Source: Paraspadella gotoi (Eukaryota; Animalia; Chaetognatha). Taken from it: DNA of 64,000 nucleotides. The number at the start of each line of letters is the position of its first letter. The stretch's first letter is position 1. The DNA is taken from NCBI GenBank assembly GCA_051294375.1, contig CM119267.1:13215081-13279080 (forward strand), in the 5' to 3' direction. This document shows positions 12,985 through 26,140 of the stretch, one piece after another. Made by a program: the position numbers and the translations under genes. Below the pieces are notes generated by a model, which did not search any database, was not told the DNA's origin, and was given only the letters and a program-made list of their open reading frames with translations.

Positions 12985-13807
12985 ATCGAGATCAGGAATG
13001 GTGGTAGACGACGACTTAGACTTTAATTAAGACGACGCGACAACGACGGTGACCACGACGACAAGGTTCGGTGAATTAAGGTTCTTTCTCTCGTGTTATT
13101 TTTTTTTTTTCGTTCGTCTAAAATCATGACTCAATCTTCCTCCAGTTTTGACTTTAGAAAGAGAAGAGAAGGAAAGGAAAGTAATAAAAAGAGGACTCGA
13201 GAGAGGGAAAGGGGAAGAAAAGGAAGAGAGGAAATGAACAACGGGAGGAAGAGAAAATAAAGGAAAATAAAGAGTGTTAAGGGTGAAAATAAGGAAGGAA
13301 AAAGGAGTGGAAAAGAGTAGAAGTAGAAAAGAAAAAGGAGGAAGTGAAAAAAAGAAACGAAACCGAGAAACAAAACTAATTTCTTTTGTCGAATTTCGTG
13401 CGGCGGCGGCAATGGCGGCGGCAATGGCGGCGGCGGCGAATGAAACATCACGAAAACGATGACGGCTGTACAAATTCCTGAAAAAGACTTGGAACAAACT
13501 CTCAAACAAAAAACGGAAAACAGTTGGACAAGAAAAAACTTTTCTTAGCTCCACGCACGTGTAGCGAATGCAACACAAAAAAAGAGACAAACAAGAAGAA
13601 AACAAACAACGAACAACAAACAACAAACAAGGAGAGCCACAAACAAAACTAGAAACGCTTGAGAAAATTTGCAACGAGAGCGGAGTGAGAGAGAGAAAAA
13701 AAAGAGAGAAGAAAAGAGAAGCGGGTGACGGACAGAGACGGAGACAAAAACAACAGAAACCGTCAAACAGGGCGATGAAGATTTGATGGGTTGGGGAGAG
13801 AGGGGAG

Positions 13808-13893
<86 letters not shown>

Positions 13894-14600
13894 TGTGCAT
13901 ATCGTTCAAAATCTTAAAATTCAAAAACCAATTTAAAAATAAAATTCAAGCGAATTTTTTCTCCCTTAAATTTTTCGAATCTTCCGCGGGAATTTGGTGC
14001 CAATTGCGTCGGCGAATTTGAATCGCGGTAGGAGACGATTGGATGAAACCGAGATTTAGAGATGGCATCGCAATATAAAGAAGCAGAAGGGAAAAAAAGA
14101 ATCGAGATCATTATTAGGTTTTTTTAGTCAGGTTGACGATGGGGGGGGGCTGGGGGAAGCCGTGATAAAAAAGTCCTTGGGACAGAATCTCGCGATGCCA
14201 AAAAGGTTTCGAGATCGGGGGGCGCTTCGATCTGAGCTTGGCGGGTTTTTTAAAGGTCACTCGGCGAAGACGCTCCGTTCCGTTGTAGTCATTGCGAATT
14301 GTCGATTCCATCCTCGTTTTTTGATGATTGCATCGGGTTCTCTCTCTTTTTTTTCTCCCCCGCCAGCTTCGAACCTCGGCGACAAAAACGAGGAAAAAAA
14401 TTTGTTTGTAACGTTATAGTATATTTGTACATGTAATTAATGAGGGGGTGTTAAGGGGATATTGAGGGGAGACGGCTGGTTAAAGTGAACATTCCAAAGC
14501 GGCCAAAGGCCAATCAGCATCCATCGCCAAACGCTTTTCGACGCCCGTCTCTTTTTCTCTGGGCAGAGGCGAAAGGGTTCCTTCGATGGAATCTATCATT

Positions 14601-14675
<75 letters not shown>

Positions 14676-16139
14676 CTTTTCTTTAAAAAAAAAACACGCC
14701 CAATCCGAGCCACAATCTTTTTCTCCACTCATCCCTGTCAATTTTTTGTTTTTCTTCCTATTTCCTTCCTTTTCTCTCCTTTCTATCACGAGGAATAAAA
14801 AATAACGAAACGGATCGGGGGCGTTGCCTCCCTCGCTCACCGGAGCCTCTGGCGGTTGCAGAAGCCGAAACTCTTGNNNNNNNNNNNNNNNNNNNNNNNN
14901 NNNNNNNNNNNNNNNNNNNNNNNNNNNNNNNNNNNNNNNNNNNNNNNNNNNNNNNNNNNNNNNNNNNNNNNNNNNNNNNNNNNNNNNNNNNNNNNNNNNN
15001 NNNNNNNNNNNNNNNNNNNNNNNNNNNGAGGGAAGCAGGCCGAGTGTTTGTCCAAAAAATTGTCTTATTAGATTTGTTTTTGTGGAACAAATTTATTTTT
15101 TTTCTTCGATGGAGAAGAAAAAAGGAAAGGAAAAAGGAATCAAAGCGGCGTTGGTTACATTGTTGTTGTTGTTGCAAGCAGTTGTTGTTGTGGTTACAAT
15201 CACTTAGGTAATGATTTGTAATAATTTTCAAATTTAATATTCTAATACTTGGTCCAATGAGATTTCGTTAACACACCTTTCTTTATCATTTCTCGTTTTC
15301 GCTTTTTTTGCTCTCTATTTGTCTGTCTATCTGTCTGTCTTTCTATCTCTCTCTCTATCTCTCACAATGTTTCTCTCTTTTCTACGATCTCTCTGCCCGC
15401 CATTGACTCCTTCAGTGGGCTTTTGTTCAAAAACAGTCGGTTGTTCCAGATTTCCTGTTCCCCCCAAAATTTCGAGTGATAACGAAGCGACTCAGAAGGC
15501 ATTTGAGCCAAAAAATCACGGACGGGGCTAAAAAAGGGATGAGAGAGAGAGATAGGGGTGGAGAAAGTCACTGATTGGATCCCCCCAGGCGCTCCAGGGG
15601 GGACCAAATAAAAAAAACTTGGGAGGCGAAGACAGCCCTTCTCTCCACCAGCCCCCCCCGCCTCTCGGACGAAAAATAAACGACGCAAGAACTCGATAAC
15701 GAAAGACGCAAATTTTGGATGGAAATTTGGTGCCATACGATCGGGGGGTTTGATACTCGGGATGAAAAGTAAAAAAATAGTATGGAGAGGTCAAAGAAGA
15801 AGGGAGGAATGACGACGGGGGGGAGGGGGCAAAAAGTGGAGGACTTCAGTCGCGGGTCTTCATGGTGATCATGGGCGTCGCCTAAAGGGGCGGAAATGGC
15901 ATTGAGGGAGGGGACAAAAGATGAGGCCCCCTCGCGATAGACCCGAACTTAGAAGATAAGTGGGTGAGAGGACTTGGAGGTGAGGAAGTGGGGAAGGAAA
16001 TTGAATCGGAATCGTGAGGAAGGTGAACCTCGAGGCGGATCGAGGAAGATGGAGAGAAAAGAAGGAAAAGGAAAAGAAAAGCCTGAAGGAAAAGCACGAA
16101 TTGAAACATCACAACGAAGAAAAAAGAAGAAATTGCGCG

Positions 16140-16175
<36 letters not shown>

Positions 16176-16511
16176 TCCTCAGTTCCATCCTTGGCTTCTT
16201 GATCCCATTTTCAAAGGCTGACAAAAAATTCGGACACGCCGTCGAAATTGCGTATTCCCGTCCAATAAAAGGTCCCTTGACGGGGCCCCCGCACGACCGC
16301 CGGGGATATTGGATATTTAGCCCTCTGACTTCAAAGGTCGGGCTCCCTACCGCCCCCTGCCGCCCAAAAAAAGGAGCGCCCCCGAAGGAAGAGCGGAGAA
16401 TACCGGTCCAGGACTCTCTCCCCTACATATCTTTTTTTTATTAATGTTTTTTTTTCTTTCTTTACCTCTTTCTTTCCTTATTTATTCCTTTTTTCTTTCA
16501 TTTCTTTCTTT

Positions 16512-16762
16512 TTCGTTGCGCCGCGAGTACTCGCGGAGCAACTCTATAACTAAGTATAAGTCACTTTTCGGTCGGTTGGTCCGTCGGTCCGTCCGTCCGT
16601 CTGTCCCACTTACGTTAAAAACGCTTATAACTTGCCTATAGTTTGTTGCTCAATTGTTAAAAATCAAATCTAAGCGACTACTGGCGCCGCCTTTTGTTTT
16701 TAAAGAAAAGATAAGTAAAAAGAAAAGTAATGCGGCGCAACACCTTGGAATAAATGTTCCTT
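16512..16762 (+). mobile_element. HINE family C (distinct subTIR)
   Basis: T-run, subTIR GTTGCGCCGC (16515-16524), partial IR GCGGAGCAAC, CTATA, GGTC/GTCC microsatellite, 3' subTIR GCGGCGCAAC (16732-16741), hairpin GGAA-TAAATG-TTCC, T-run. Confidence 0.8.
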
Positions 16763-17354
16763 TTTTCTCTTTCTTTTTCTTTTTCCCTCGTTTATTTACT
16801 TTTTTTCTTACTTTTTTCATTGAAATCTCAGGAATCTAAATCTTTTTTGTGAAATTTGAATTGACAAGACGTTGGACATTAAAAAAAAGATACTGTATTA
16901 AATATAAATATAAATAAGCTTTCAATTTCCAAAAAGTAGCAATAGCTGAAGTGCTGAAAAGCTCTGTAAGACGACAGTAGAGAGGAAAAAAATTGAAAGA
17001 AGCCTTTTATGGAATCGAGGGAGCAATTGAGCGGATAATTTGACACAAAAAAAAAGAGGCTGCAACACAAACAAGAGAACGGAAGGAAAAAGAGATGAAA
17101 CCGATTTTGGATCCGAAGATGGAACCAAAGATGGAATAGAAGTTTGAGCTTAAGATAGTCTGACCAAAGATGAAACCAAAAATGGAACCAAGAGATGTAA
17201 CTTCGGAAAAAGAGAAGATCCAGATCCAGATCCACTGGTGACAAAACGGATGGATGCAAAGAGGGAACCGAAGATGGAACAGAGAACGGATCCAAAGATG
17301 GAACTAAAGAAAGAAAACGATTCCGAGTTAATCTTCCCACTTCATAGATTTCCC

Positions 17355-17385
<31 letters not shown>

Positions 17386-17501
17386 CGAACCATTTTCCCT
17401 TTTGGAGACGAAGTGAGGGAGAAAAAAAAGAGAGAAAGAAGCGACTCGTTTCTATTTTCTATTTTTCTATTTCTTTTTTTTTTTAAGCAGAAAAACACAA
17501 A

Positions 17502-17542
<41 letters not shown>

Positions 17543-18615
17543 GCGAAACCCCCAACGGCGAGACGAATTGTGGCGAGAATTGGGTTCTGGACATCTTCGT
17601 GGTCGTCGTCGTTGTCGTCGCCATCATCTTTTAGGACCAAAGAAAGGATGTTTGCTCTTTTGTCATCGTCGTTTGCGTCGACCCAAACCAGAAACGCGCG
17701 GTCATCTGTCGATGAAGGACAAACCAACCATTCGACCTTTCCTCTTTACTGACGATCGCGATCCTTCAAAATTCCGTCACACATTTTCGTGAAAGTCACT
17801 AATTATTCTGCGATATCGTCATTGTTTTCGTCGTCGACGTCGTCGTCAATTTCAAAGAGACTTCCGCGTCCAATTTGATTTGCGCCGCGCGCCTCGAGTC
17901 AAGGGATTTCTCCTCCGCCGATTGCGTTTGCCTTTTGTTTTTTCATTTATTTTTTTATTTTATGTCCGCAAAACAATTTGTGGCTTCGACAAGAAAAGAA
18001 ATGATTTCATTTCGAATTTTTTGGGGCGTTTTCAATTTTGAATTTTTTTTCATGTGTTTTTTTGTATGTACATGTTGTGTTGTGTTGTGTTGTGTTGTGT
18101 TGTGGGCAATTAAAGTCATCATGCAAATAGCAGATTTGAGATTTCAGCTCAGAGCGACTTAAACTTATTTCGTAATCGAATGTCTCATGAAACTCGATGA
18201 ATGAATTTATGGATAATTATATTAGGTATAAATATTCAATTTTCAATAACAGGTCTTCACCACAAGCTTTATTTCTTATTTCCCTCCCACTCACGAGATT
18301 AACCCGGGATCGACAACGACGAGTTGAAATCGACTATGGAAACAAGAACTATGACAGCGACAACAATGACGACGACGAGATAAAATCCACGATGATAACG
18401 AAGACTGACAACGATGACAACGACGGCGATGAATCCGATTCTCATCTCTCTCAATCACAAATGAAGAAATATTCGAGAATCACGAAAAGGAGGTCGACTT
18501 GCTAATCCTTCGCCCAACCCAACCCTATCCTCCCTTTTCCTCTTCGCTCTTTAGTCTCTTTTTTCGAATCACGTCACCTCTCCCACAGGAGTTGATGTCC
18601 TTGGAAGACAACAAT

Positions 18616-18660
<45 letters not shown>

Positions 18661-21119
18661 GAGAATGTTCTCGAATTCCTCGATCCGGAAGCAAAGTGAG
18701 TAAACACAGTTGAGACTCTTTCTCTTTCAATCTCGTGCCCCTCTCTTCCCCCTTTTTCTATTTCACCCCCGAATCGGACCACCCTGGGAAATGTTTGACG
18801 CGGATCACTTTCTTTCCATTCAACTCAAGAACATCGTGTCTCCTCGGCCTCGGATTTTTTTTCAAGATTCGAGCTTTGGTCTTCGGTGAAAAACTTACCT
18901 AGTTTCTTTTCTTCTTTCTTCTTTCTTTTTCTTTCTTCTTTATTTCTTTTTATTGTTTTGTTTTGTCCCTCGAAACTTTACTATTTTTTGGGGTTCTTTT
19001 AAATTCTCAGAAAAAGGGTTAAAGAAGAAAGTTAAAAGAGAAAGGAAGGAGGTTTAAGGGTGGACGGGCAATGTTAAATGGAAGATAAGATTAAAAAGAG
19101 GAAAGATTGGGGCTCAGCAGACGATGACGACGATCATGACGAAGATAACAATGACGAGTCGACGACAACGAACACATCGAAAAACGGGGAAAACAAAAAT
19201 GACGAACAAAAGATGACCACGATGACGACATCAAGGATGACAAATACACGATCGTTAAGATGACAACGATGACCACTTCAGCGAAGACATCCGTGATGAT
19301 AAAATAATAGTTCTTATGACGACTGCTTTCGTAAATGTAGTAAACATTAGCGAAGATCACGAAGATGACAATTGCGAGGACGAAGACGATTAACACGACT
19401 TCAGCGAAGACGACAGCGACGACGACGAAGACGACGCCGGGGACGACAGTGAAGAAAAAGTTGAAGAAGAGAATTATTCGGTTACGAGATCCACTTTAGG
19501 CTTCTCTTCCATCAACACAAAAAAATCTCCATTGCCGAATGCGGCCGAGCTTGCTCGTCGTCGTTCTCGTTGTCGTCAAGGCAACAAATTGATTTTGGCG
19601 CAAACGGAACTTTTTTTCCTTTTTTTCATGAAAATAATTTCCGAACGAGAAAAAAAAGGAATTCCATTGCACTGAAAATACGTCGTGGCAGATGCTATCT
19701 GTGAATGATGGTCTCGTCAAAACAGATGTTATCTAAGAACGATGTGACGCGCACCGAGGCGGAAGAGAACTTTAAGACATTTAGTTATCTTGTTTTTTGT
19801 TTTTGTTTGTTTATCTGTAAAGTGTTTTTACAGATAGTACTAAAAAGAAAGCGTAGGGTACAATATATGGACCCTATATATTAGTCAACGAAGATTTTCT
19901 TCCGATTAGACACTTACCCAGCTTTACTCATTTACTCCTGCTCATCGACTTCCCAACCGTCGCGTCCCCTTACCCTCACGTCTCTTCCAGCTCGCGAACT
20001 AACTCTTTGCGAACGCATCGTCGACTCGACTTTTACTCGAGAATTTTATGGAGATGGAAGAGGAAAGAAAATTAAGGCTTTTTAAGAAATGAGAGAAAAA
20101 AAAGGAAATTTCAACAAAAAAAACCTCTTTACTCGAGACATGACAAATGAAGCCGAAATATCGAAACTCCGGAGCGTCTTTTTTCTCTCCTCTCTCTTTC
20201 TCTCTCGCATTGAAAACAGAAAGTAAGATAAACGACGTTTCTCTTTTATACTTTTAGCCACGCCCCATAGCGTTGCTCTTTTTTTAAAGTCGCGGCTGCT
20301 GAGATGTAGTCGCCGATCTATAATTTAGATTTGTCATTCTGCCGTTCATAAAATTGTATTGCATTGCGTCGAGTATACTTAATTAAAGTTATTAATTAAG
20401 CTTGAAAATAATGTCCGGGAATTAAGAAGTTAAATTATAAATTGGCTCCGTTCTTAATAACTAATACTAAGTTATAACGGTAAAAATTTTTTTTCGGGTT
20501 TATTGCTCAATTCAAGATTGTTAATTTTTTAGGATCCACCACTTCTCTGATATCCATTTGAAGACCCTATTAGTACTAGTTATGATCAGGATTATGGTCA
20601 GAATTTGATAAATAAACGAAAAAGATGGAAACGCGATATATAAACAACATAAGTAAAGGTAGATACCTCATAGGAGAGCTAATTTTACTTTATTTTTTAT
20701 ATATTTTTATGCCAGTCTCTGTAGGATGATGCCAATATTCACTTGCAAAAAACCGTTTTAAAATTCCTACAATAGTTTCCAAGATATGGTCATAAACGCC
20801 AGCCTTAAAAGGCAAAATTTATCAGAATAAAATTTTCAAGTTTCTCTAAAGATTTCTGACGCGCTAGTACTAACTATTTAAAAAAAAGAGAAAACGTTTC
20901 GCTTATTTCTTCAAGCCTTTACCATAAATGAGTTATGCGATGGGTACAACTGAAAGTGATATGTCTCTAGATGACGAAAATTTTTTCTTCAAGTTTTATA
21001 TTAAAATTTAAGTATTGTACCAATAGGATTAAGTGAGATACTCCCGCTTAGCCGAAATTTTTATTTAACAAAGATTTGTACTGCGTAGTTCAAATCCTTA
21101 GTTTTTAATGGTAAAAAAA

Positions 21120-22080
21120 GTTATTTTCTTGAATAACTTTTGAAAGAAAAGAGATAGCAAGGTAGGCGTGGTTTCAAATTAAAGCCCTAATCATGGGACA
21201 TCTTTTTAAAATAGTTTTATTATATTTTATCCATAATTATTTACACAGCTTTTGTTTAAATTAGAGTTAAAAGTATAACAGTTTTTTGCATTAAAAATTT
21301 TAATGAAGACATATGAATTTTTTTATTTTTCTTTGTAATTTGAAAAAGGAAAGACTGAATTACATTTTGATGACCATTAAATTTTCTCTACTGCATAAAT
21401 TTGCATGTATTTTTCAGTTAAAATAAAAAACAAGTACAAATTGTTGTAATAGCTTGATAAAATGTCTTTTTAAATATTAAAAATGATAAATATAAAAATG
21501 TTTTCAGCTTGATATAAACCGTCTTGATGTCTACCTTCTTCTCTGTGAAAAAAAATCATCATTTTTCTTTATCTTTAGCTGCAAACAAAAGGCTTGACAC
21601 ACTGCTTGTTTATCATTATAAAATTTTAAAAAATTACATGGCTGGCGACATATTTGACAAAGCAAGACATTATTGTGTTTATTTGTATTGATAATTTTCT
21701 TTTAAATATAACAACCTTTATACTAGGAATTTAATTCTATTATTTATCATCCATTTTAATTAAGAAAAAAAATTTCGCGGAATAGCCAATTGGAAAGGGT
21801 TCATTGACTGACTTAATGATCGAATTTTTTAGGTTTCTTTTCTGCCCCCATTTCACAAGATATAAAAGGTCATGATTATCGTGTCAGTAGGTTCGGATCA
21901 TCTGTACGCTTTCTGCAACCTGCATTCTGAATTTTCTTTTTTTCTCTTTCAAATGTATTAAATAAAAAAAATTATTTAGAGAACGATTAGTGTGGAGGAT
22001 GCTATTGGTAAGCCTTAGTTACCCCACTTCCTGATGGAATTTTTAAACGGAGTTTTTCCATCTATTCGAGACATAATACT
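21120..22080 (-). repeat. Diverged ~1-kb dispersed repeat, second copy
   Basis: Inverted homologue of 6245-7232 with many substitutions. Confidence 0.8.
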
Positions 22081-22392
22081 AACTATTGGTTGTATTAATT
22101 TTATATTGCTTACATGATATTTTGCGTAATCAGAGAAACGTTTCGCGTGTCAAAAAATATGGAAAAAAAAGAGTAAAACGTTCTGACAAAATAAAAAAAA
22201 TATAGAGGAATCTAGTAAAGGAGAAAAATAAAATTTGGAAAATTAAAATATAGAACCAAATTCCGAAACTCGATCCCAAACCTTTTTTCATAATATTTTT
22301 TTATTTTTGGATAGAGAATGACTGAAAAAAGGTAAATCTTAAGTTATGATTAAATTGGCCAATGGGTTTAGAAAAAATCGACCAAAAACAAC

Positions 22393-23069
22393 TTGGATCT
22401 GTTTTCAGCAGATCCCGACTCTTTAATTCACTTTGTCAGTCCATCGGTCCGCCCCCTCAATCATGTCAGAACATCGAATTATGATAAATTATGCAAAAGA
22501 AACAATGTTTGTCCATCCGTCTGTCCGTCCGTACGTCCGTCCCACCTTAGCAAAAAACACCAATTACTCGTGATTGGATGGATGGATTGGAAGGAAGTTT
22601 TGTGTGTGGGTAGGGAAGTGTGTGATTGAGCTGGATATGAAGTTTCAATGGAATCGTCCGAGTGGAAATGAGTTTAAATGGAAAAAACCAAAAAATATAT
22701 TTTACTATTTCACCAATTACTCGTGAGTAGATGGGGCGATTGACTTTTGTATTTGGGTAGAAAAATGTGTGATTAAACTGGAAATCAAGTTTCGATGGAA
22801 TCGTTTGAGTGGAAATGAGTTTAAATAAAAAAAAAAGAACCTGTTTCAATAATTGATTATACTTCTTTTTATATTAAATGTAAATGCAAGATGAAATAAT
22901 TAATCAAATAATTAATCAGTTAAATAATCAATTAGTCAATTAATTAATCAATCAAAACAAACATTTTGGATCAAATTAATTAATTGCCTAATTAATTAAT
23001 TTTTTGCCTAATTAATTAATTACCGATAATGATTGTGGGCAGATCCGACATTGTTTGCTCAAACTTGTT
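22393..23069 (+). mobile_element. HINE family A
   Basis: GGATCTG..CAGCAGATCCCGACTC 5' structure, GTCC microsatellite, two internal repeat units, 3' GCAGATCCGACATTGTTTGCTCAAACTTGTTTTT. Confidence 0.8.
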
Positions 23070-23862
23070 TTTATTTAGAAAAGGGTAAGATCTAATTTTA
23101 AAGAGTTTTTTAGCTTTTATTACGAAAATTATAACAAAAAAATTAGGAATGTATAAAAATTTAAGGTATCGATTGATTTTATTTAAACTTTCTTTTCAAG
23201 TGATTCTGTTAATTAGATAAAAATAAAACCTTTTGAAGTAATATAAAAAGAAGAGAAAGGTTCTGTACTTTTGCTAAATTCTGAATTGTTATAATAAGGA
23301 AACAATTTAATTTATTAATATTTTTAAGGGATCAATATGAATATTAATTAATATATGTGTTTTATTCGTTTACAACAATTAGTTGAAACAGTACATTCAA
23401 AAGGGCATACAGCATTACAGATAAACGCATAAATTGTAAAGTTTACAATTCAACAAAATATAAATATTTAAATTAACAGAACGAAAAAAAAAAGAAAAAA
23501 AAATCAACAATAAGCTGACAAGATTTTTAGAATATTGTTTCTAGAGGAAAAAAGCTTAATGGTTATTATAGTTTTGTTTATGTAAAAATAGAGTTTAGAT
23601 TTGATTTTTATGCTTTTAAGTGCATATAAAAAAAATATTAGTCTTGTAAAGCCTTTGTTCAACAAGGATAATTTCTTAAAATTTTAGCTTTGTACAGTAA
23701 AAAATAAAAATTTGGAATTTAGTAAAAAATACATTTTGTTGCAAAAATAAAATAATAGATGATATAAATATTTAGGTAGGATCAACTAAAAATTTTTTAT
23801 AATAATTAAATTTTTGTGTCCGCTACCATAAGAGATAGGAATTTTTTCCCCATTTATGAGAA

Positions 23863-24050
23863 TGATTAATGAGTATCACTATTCAAATTCCTTTGATGAT
23901 AGACCCTTAAGCTTACGATATCATTTTTATCTTTGGGTCCCCTTAAAGCTAGAGCTGATTAATGAGTATCACTATTCAAATTCCTTTGATGATAGACCTT
24001 ATAAAGCTTATGATATCATTTTTATCTTTGGGTCTCCTTAAAGCTAGAGC
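23863..24050. repeat. Two-copy tandem repeat, 93-95 bp unit
   Basis: TGATTAATGAGTATCACTATTC...AAAGCTAGAGC at 23863 and 23956. Confidence 0.9.
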
Positions 24051-25965
24051 TGGTGTTGTTTCTTTTTTGTGTTTCACCTCCTTGCTTTTCTCCACCCAAG
24101 ATTGACTCAGATTTGGTTGAATTGTTTTCACGTTTGATCTCAACTTATTTAGTTCTCTGAGTGATTTCATCCTTGAGGAGTGGGAGAATCAATAATAGAG
24201 AGAAAAACAAGTAATGGACTTGGAGTGCAGAGAAGGGACAATTTCATTCACAATATTTGTTGACTGAAAAGATTCAGTCTCGGGGTGATACTCACCAAAA
24301 GAAGCGGCCAAAAAGGAAACGCGATAAGAAAGCAAGGAGTGATGGCAAAAGCAGAGAGTTGAGAGAGATAGAGAGTGAGAGAGAGAGAGAGTTGAAGATC
24401 GGGTGAGACTTTCTTCTTTGCGAAGAATAAGTCGCAAAGATTTTGTTTGCAGAATGAAGAAAGAGGAGAGAGAGACAGAGGGAAAAGAGAGAGGGAGAGA
24501 GAGTTCGGGGGTAAGGGTGAGTTTTAGACAAGAGACGAAAAGTATTTAAAAGCAGAAGGATAACCGAATAGAAGAGGATTTTTGGGTCGCTGTCTAGATG
24601 AAAGAGTTAATTTTTTTCCCCTTTTTTCCGTGAGGGGATTTTGGACACGAAAGAAAGAAACGAAGGGAAAAGAAAATAAGAAACAGGAAACTCAAATGAT
24701 AAAAGCCGAAAGGTTAAAGTTAAACAGATTTTGTGAGAGAGAGAGAGCGAGAGAGAGAGTGTGTGTGTCTCTCGCCAAAATAGTCCTCATGCGATGAGAC
24801 AAGCCGGGTGAGTTGAGATGCAAAATGGATGCGATGGCTGTTTTTTCGCAAACGATAACGACGGCAGATCGGCAGCAGACCAGCAGCAGACCAGCAGCAG
24901 ACCAGCAGCAGACGCCATGGGTGGGATGGGCGCCATGATAGTCTCGACACTCGACTTCTATTTCCGAATTTGATGGAGGATGAATAAAAATTGTGAAAAT
25001 TCTCAAGAAGAAGAAAGAAATAAAAGATGAATCTATGTCATCTACAACCCTATCTTTATTTTACTCACGTGAATTCTTCTTAGATTTCGACGAGTTGTGA
25101 AAAGCAGTTTTTGTTGGTTTATTTTTTGTTATTTCTGTTTATTTTTTTACTATTTGAAACGTAAATCCGATGAAAATACGAAAAAAAGCTGGCGCTGTTT
25201 TGTCAGGTACTTCGCCTCGGATGCGATTTTGTCGTTGACATGATATATATTGACAGTTGAAATCGTTATTGTGGTGACGGTCTTCGTTGATGTTTCATAC
25301 GTTTTTGTGAACGTTGACGTCTCGTTCGATTTGTCGTTCTGATCGGTTATACTACGAGGTTTGGAATTTCTGTCATGATGTTAATCATTAACTTTTCCTT
25401 GCTGTTTTTTATGCTATCTTCTATTTTTATTTTGCGTACTTAAATAATGTTGAGTTGTTCATTGTGTGTTTATAATGTTTAGAGATAATATTATTTATAT
25501 ATATATATTATTACGTTGGTACGGTGTCTACCACTTTAGTTCACATTCTTTTCATCCTTTTTTCTTAAAATATCTTTTCGACAAAGAAAATAAAAAAATC
25601 TTATTTTATTTGGCATTGAGAACAGTTGAACATTCAAAGAGAAATATCATCTAACGGAATTTTAACAGGAATGTTTCTTTGATCGTAGTCGTCGTTGTTG
25701 TCGCTGAAAAAGACTTCAAACTCTTAATAGTTCATACTCTCGTCATATACGTCATAGTTTTGGTCGTTTATGTTCTCAACCAGAAAACGGACTGAAGACG
25801 ACAAAGATGTCACCTGCAGCGGCGGCGTCGCAAAGGATGACAGTGGTATCGGCCATGGATGAGGATGAAGTCAACCAAAACTTCCACCTGGGAAATCACG
25901 GATGATCTCGTCGAGTCGAGAGTGTTGCAGAAAAGACTCTGAGAAACTTGTCGAGAAACGGACGT

Positions 25966-26025
<60 letters not shown>

Positions 26026-26140
26026 ATTATTTTTTATTCTTTTACGTACACGTTGCAGAAGAACTTACTCCATCGAGAGAGAGAGGAAGTTGGGGGTTAA
26101 GGTAATGTCGCCAGGGGGAAGAAAGAAATTAAGTAAAAAT

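Noticed and set aside
19090-19450. Asp/Thr-rich ORFs
   Set aside because: GAC/GAT simple-repeat DNA; similar tracts recur at 17595 and 18340
20533-20643. Exon-like stretch encoding NKRKRWKR, reminiscent of homeodomain helix 3
   Set aside because: No WF motif, in-frame stops in all three frames, and the upstream spacing does not fit a homeodomain
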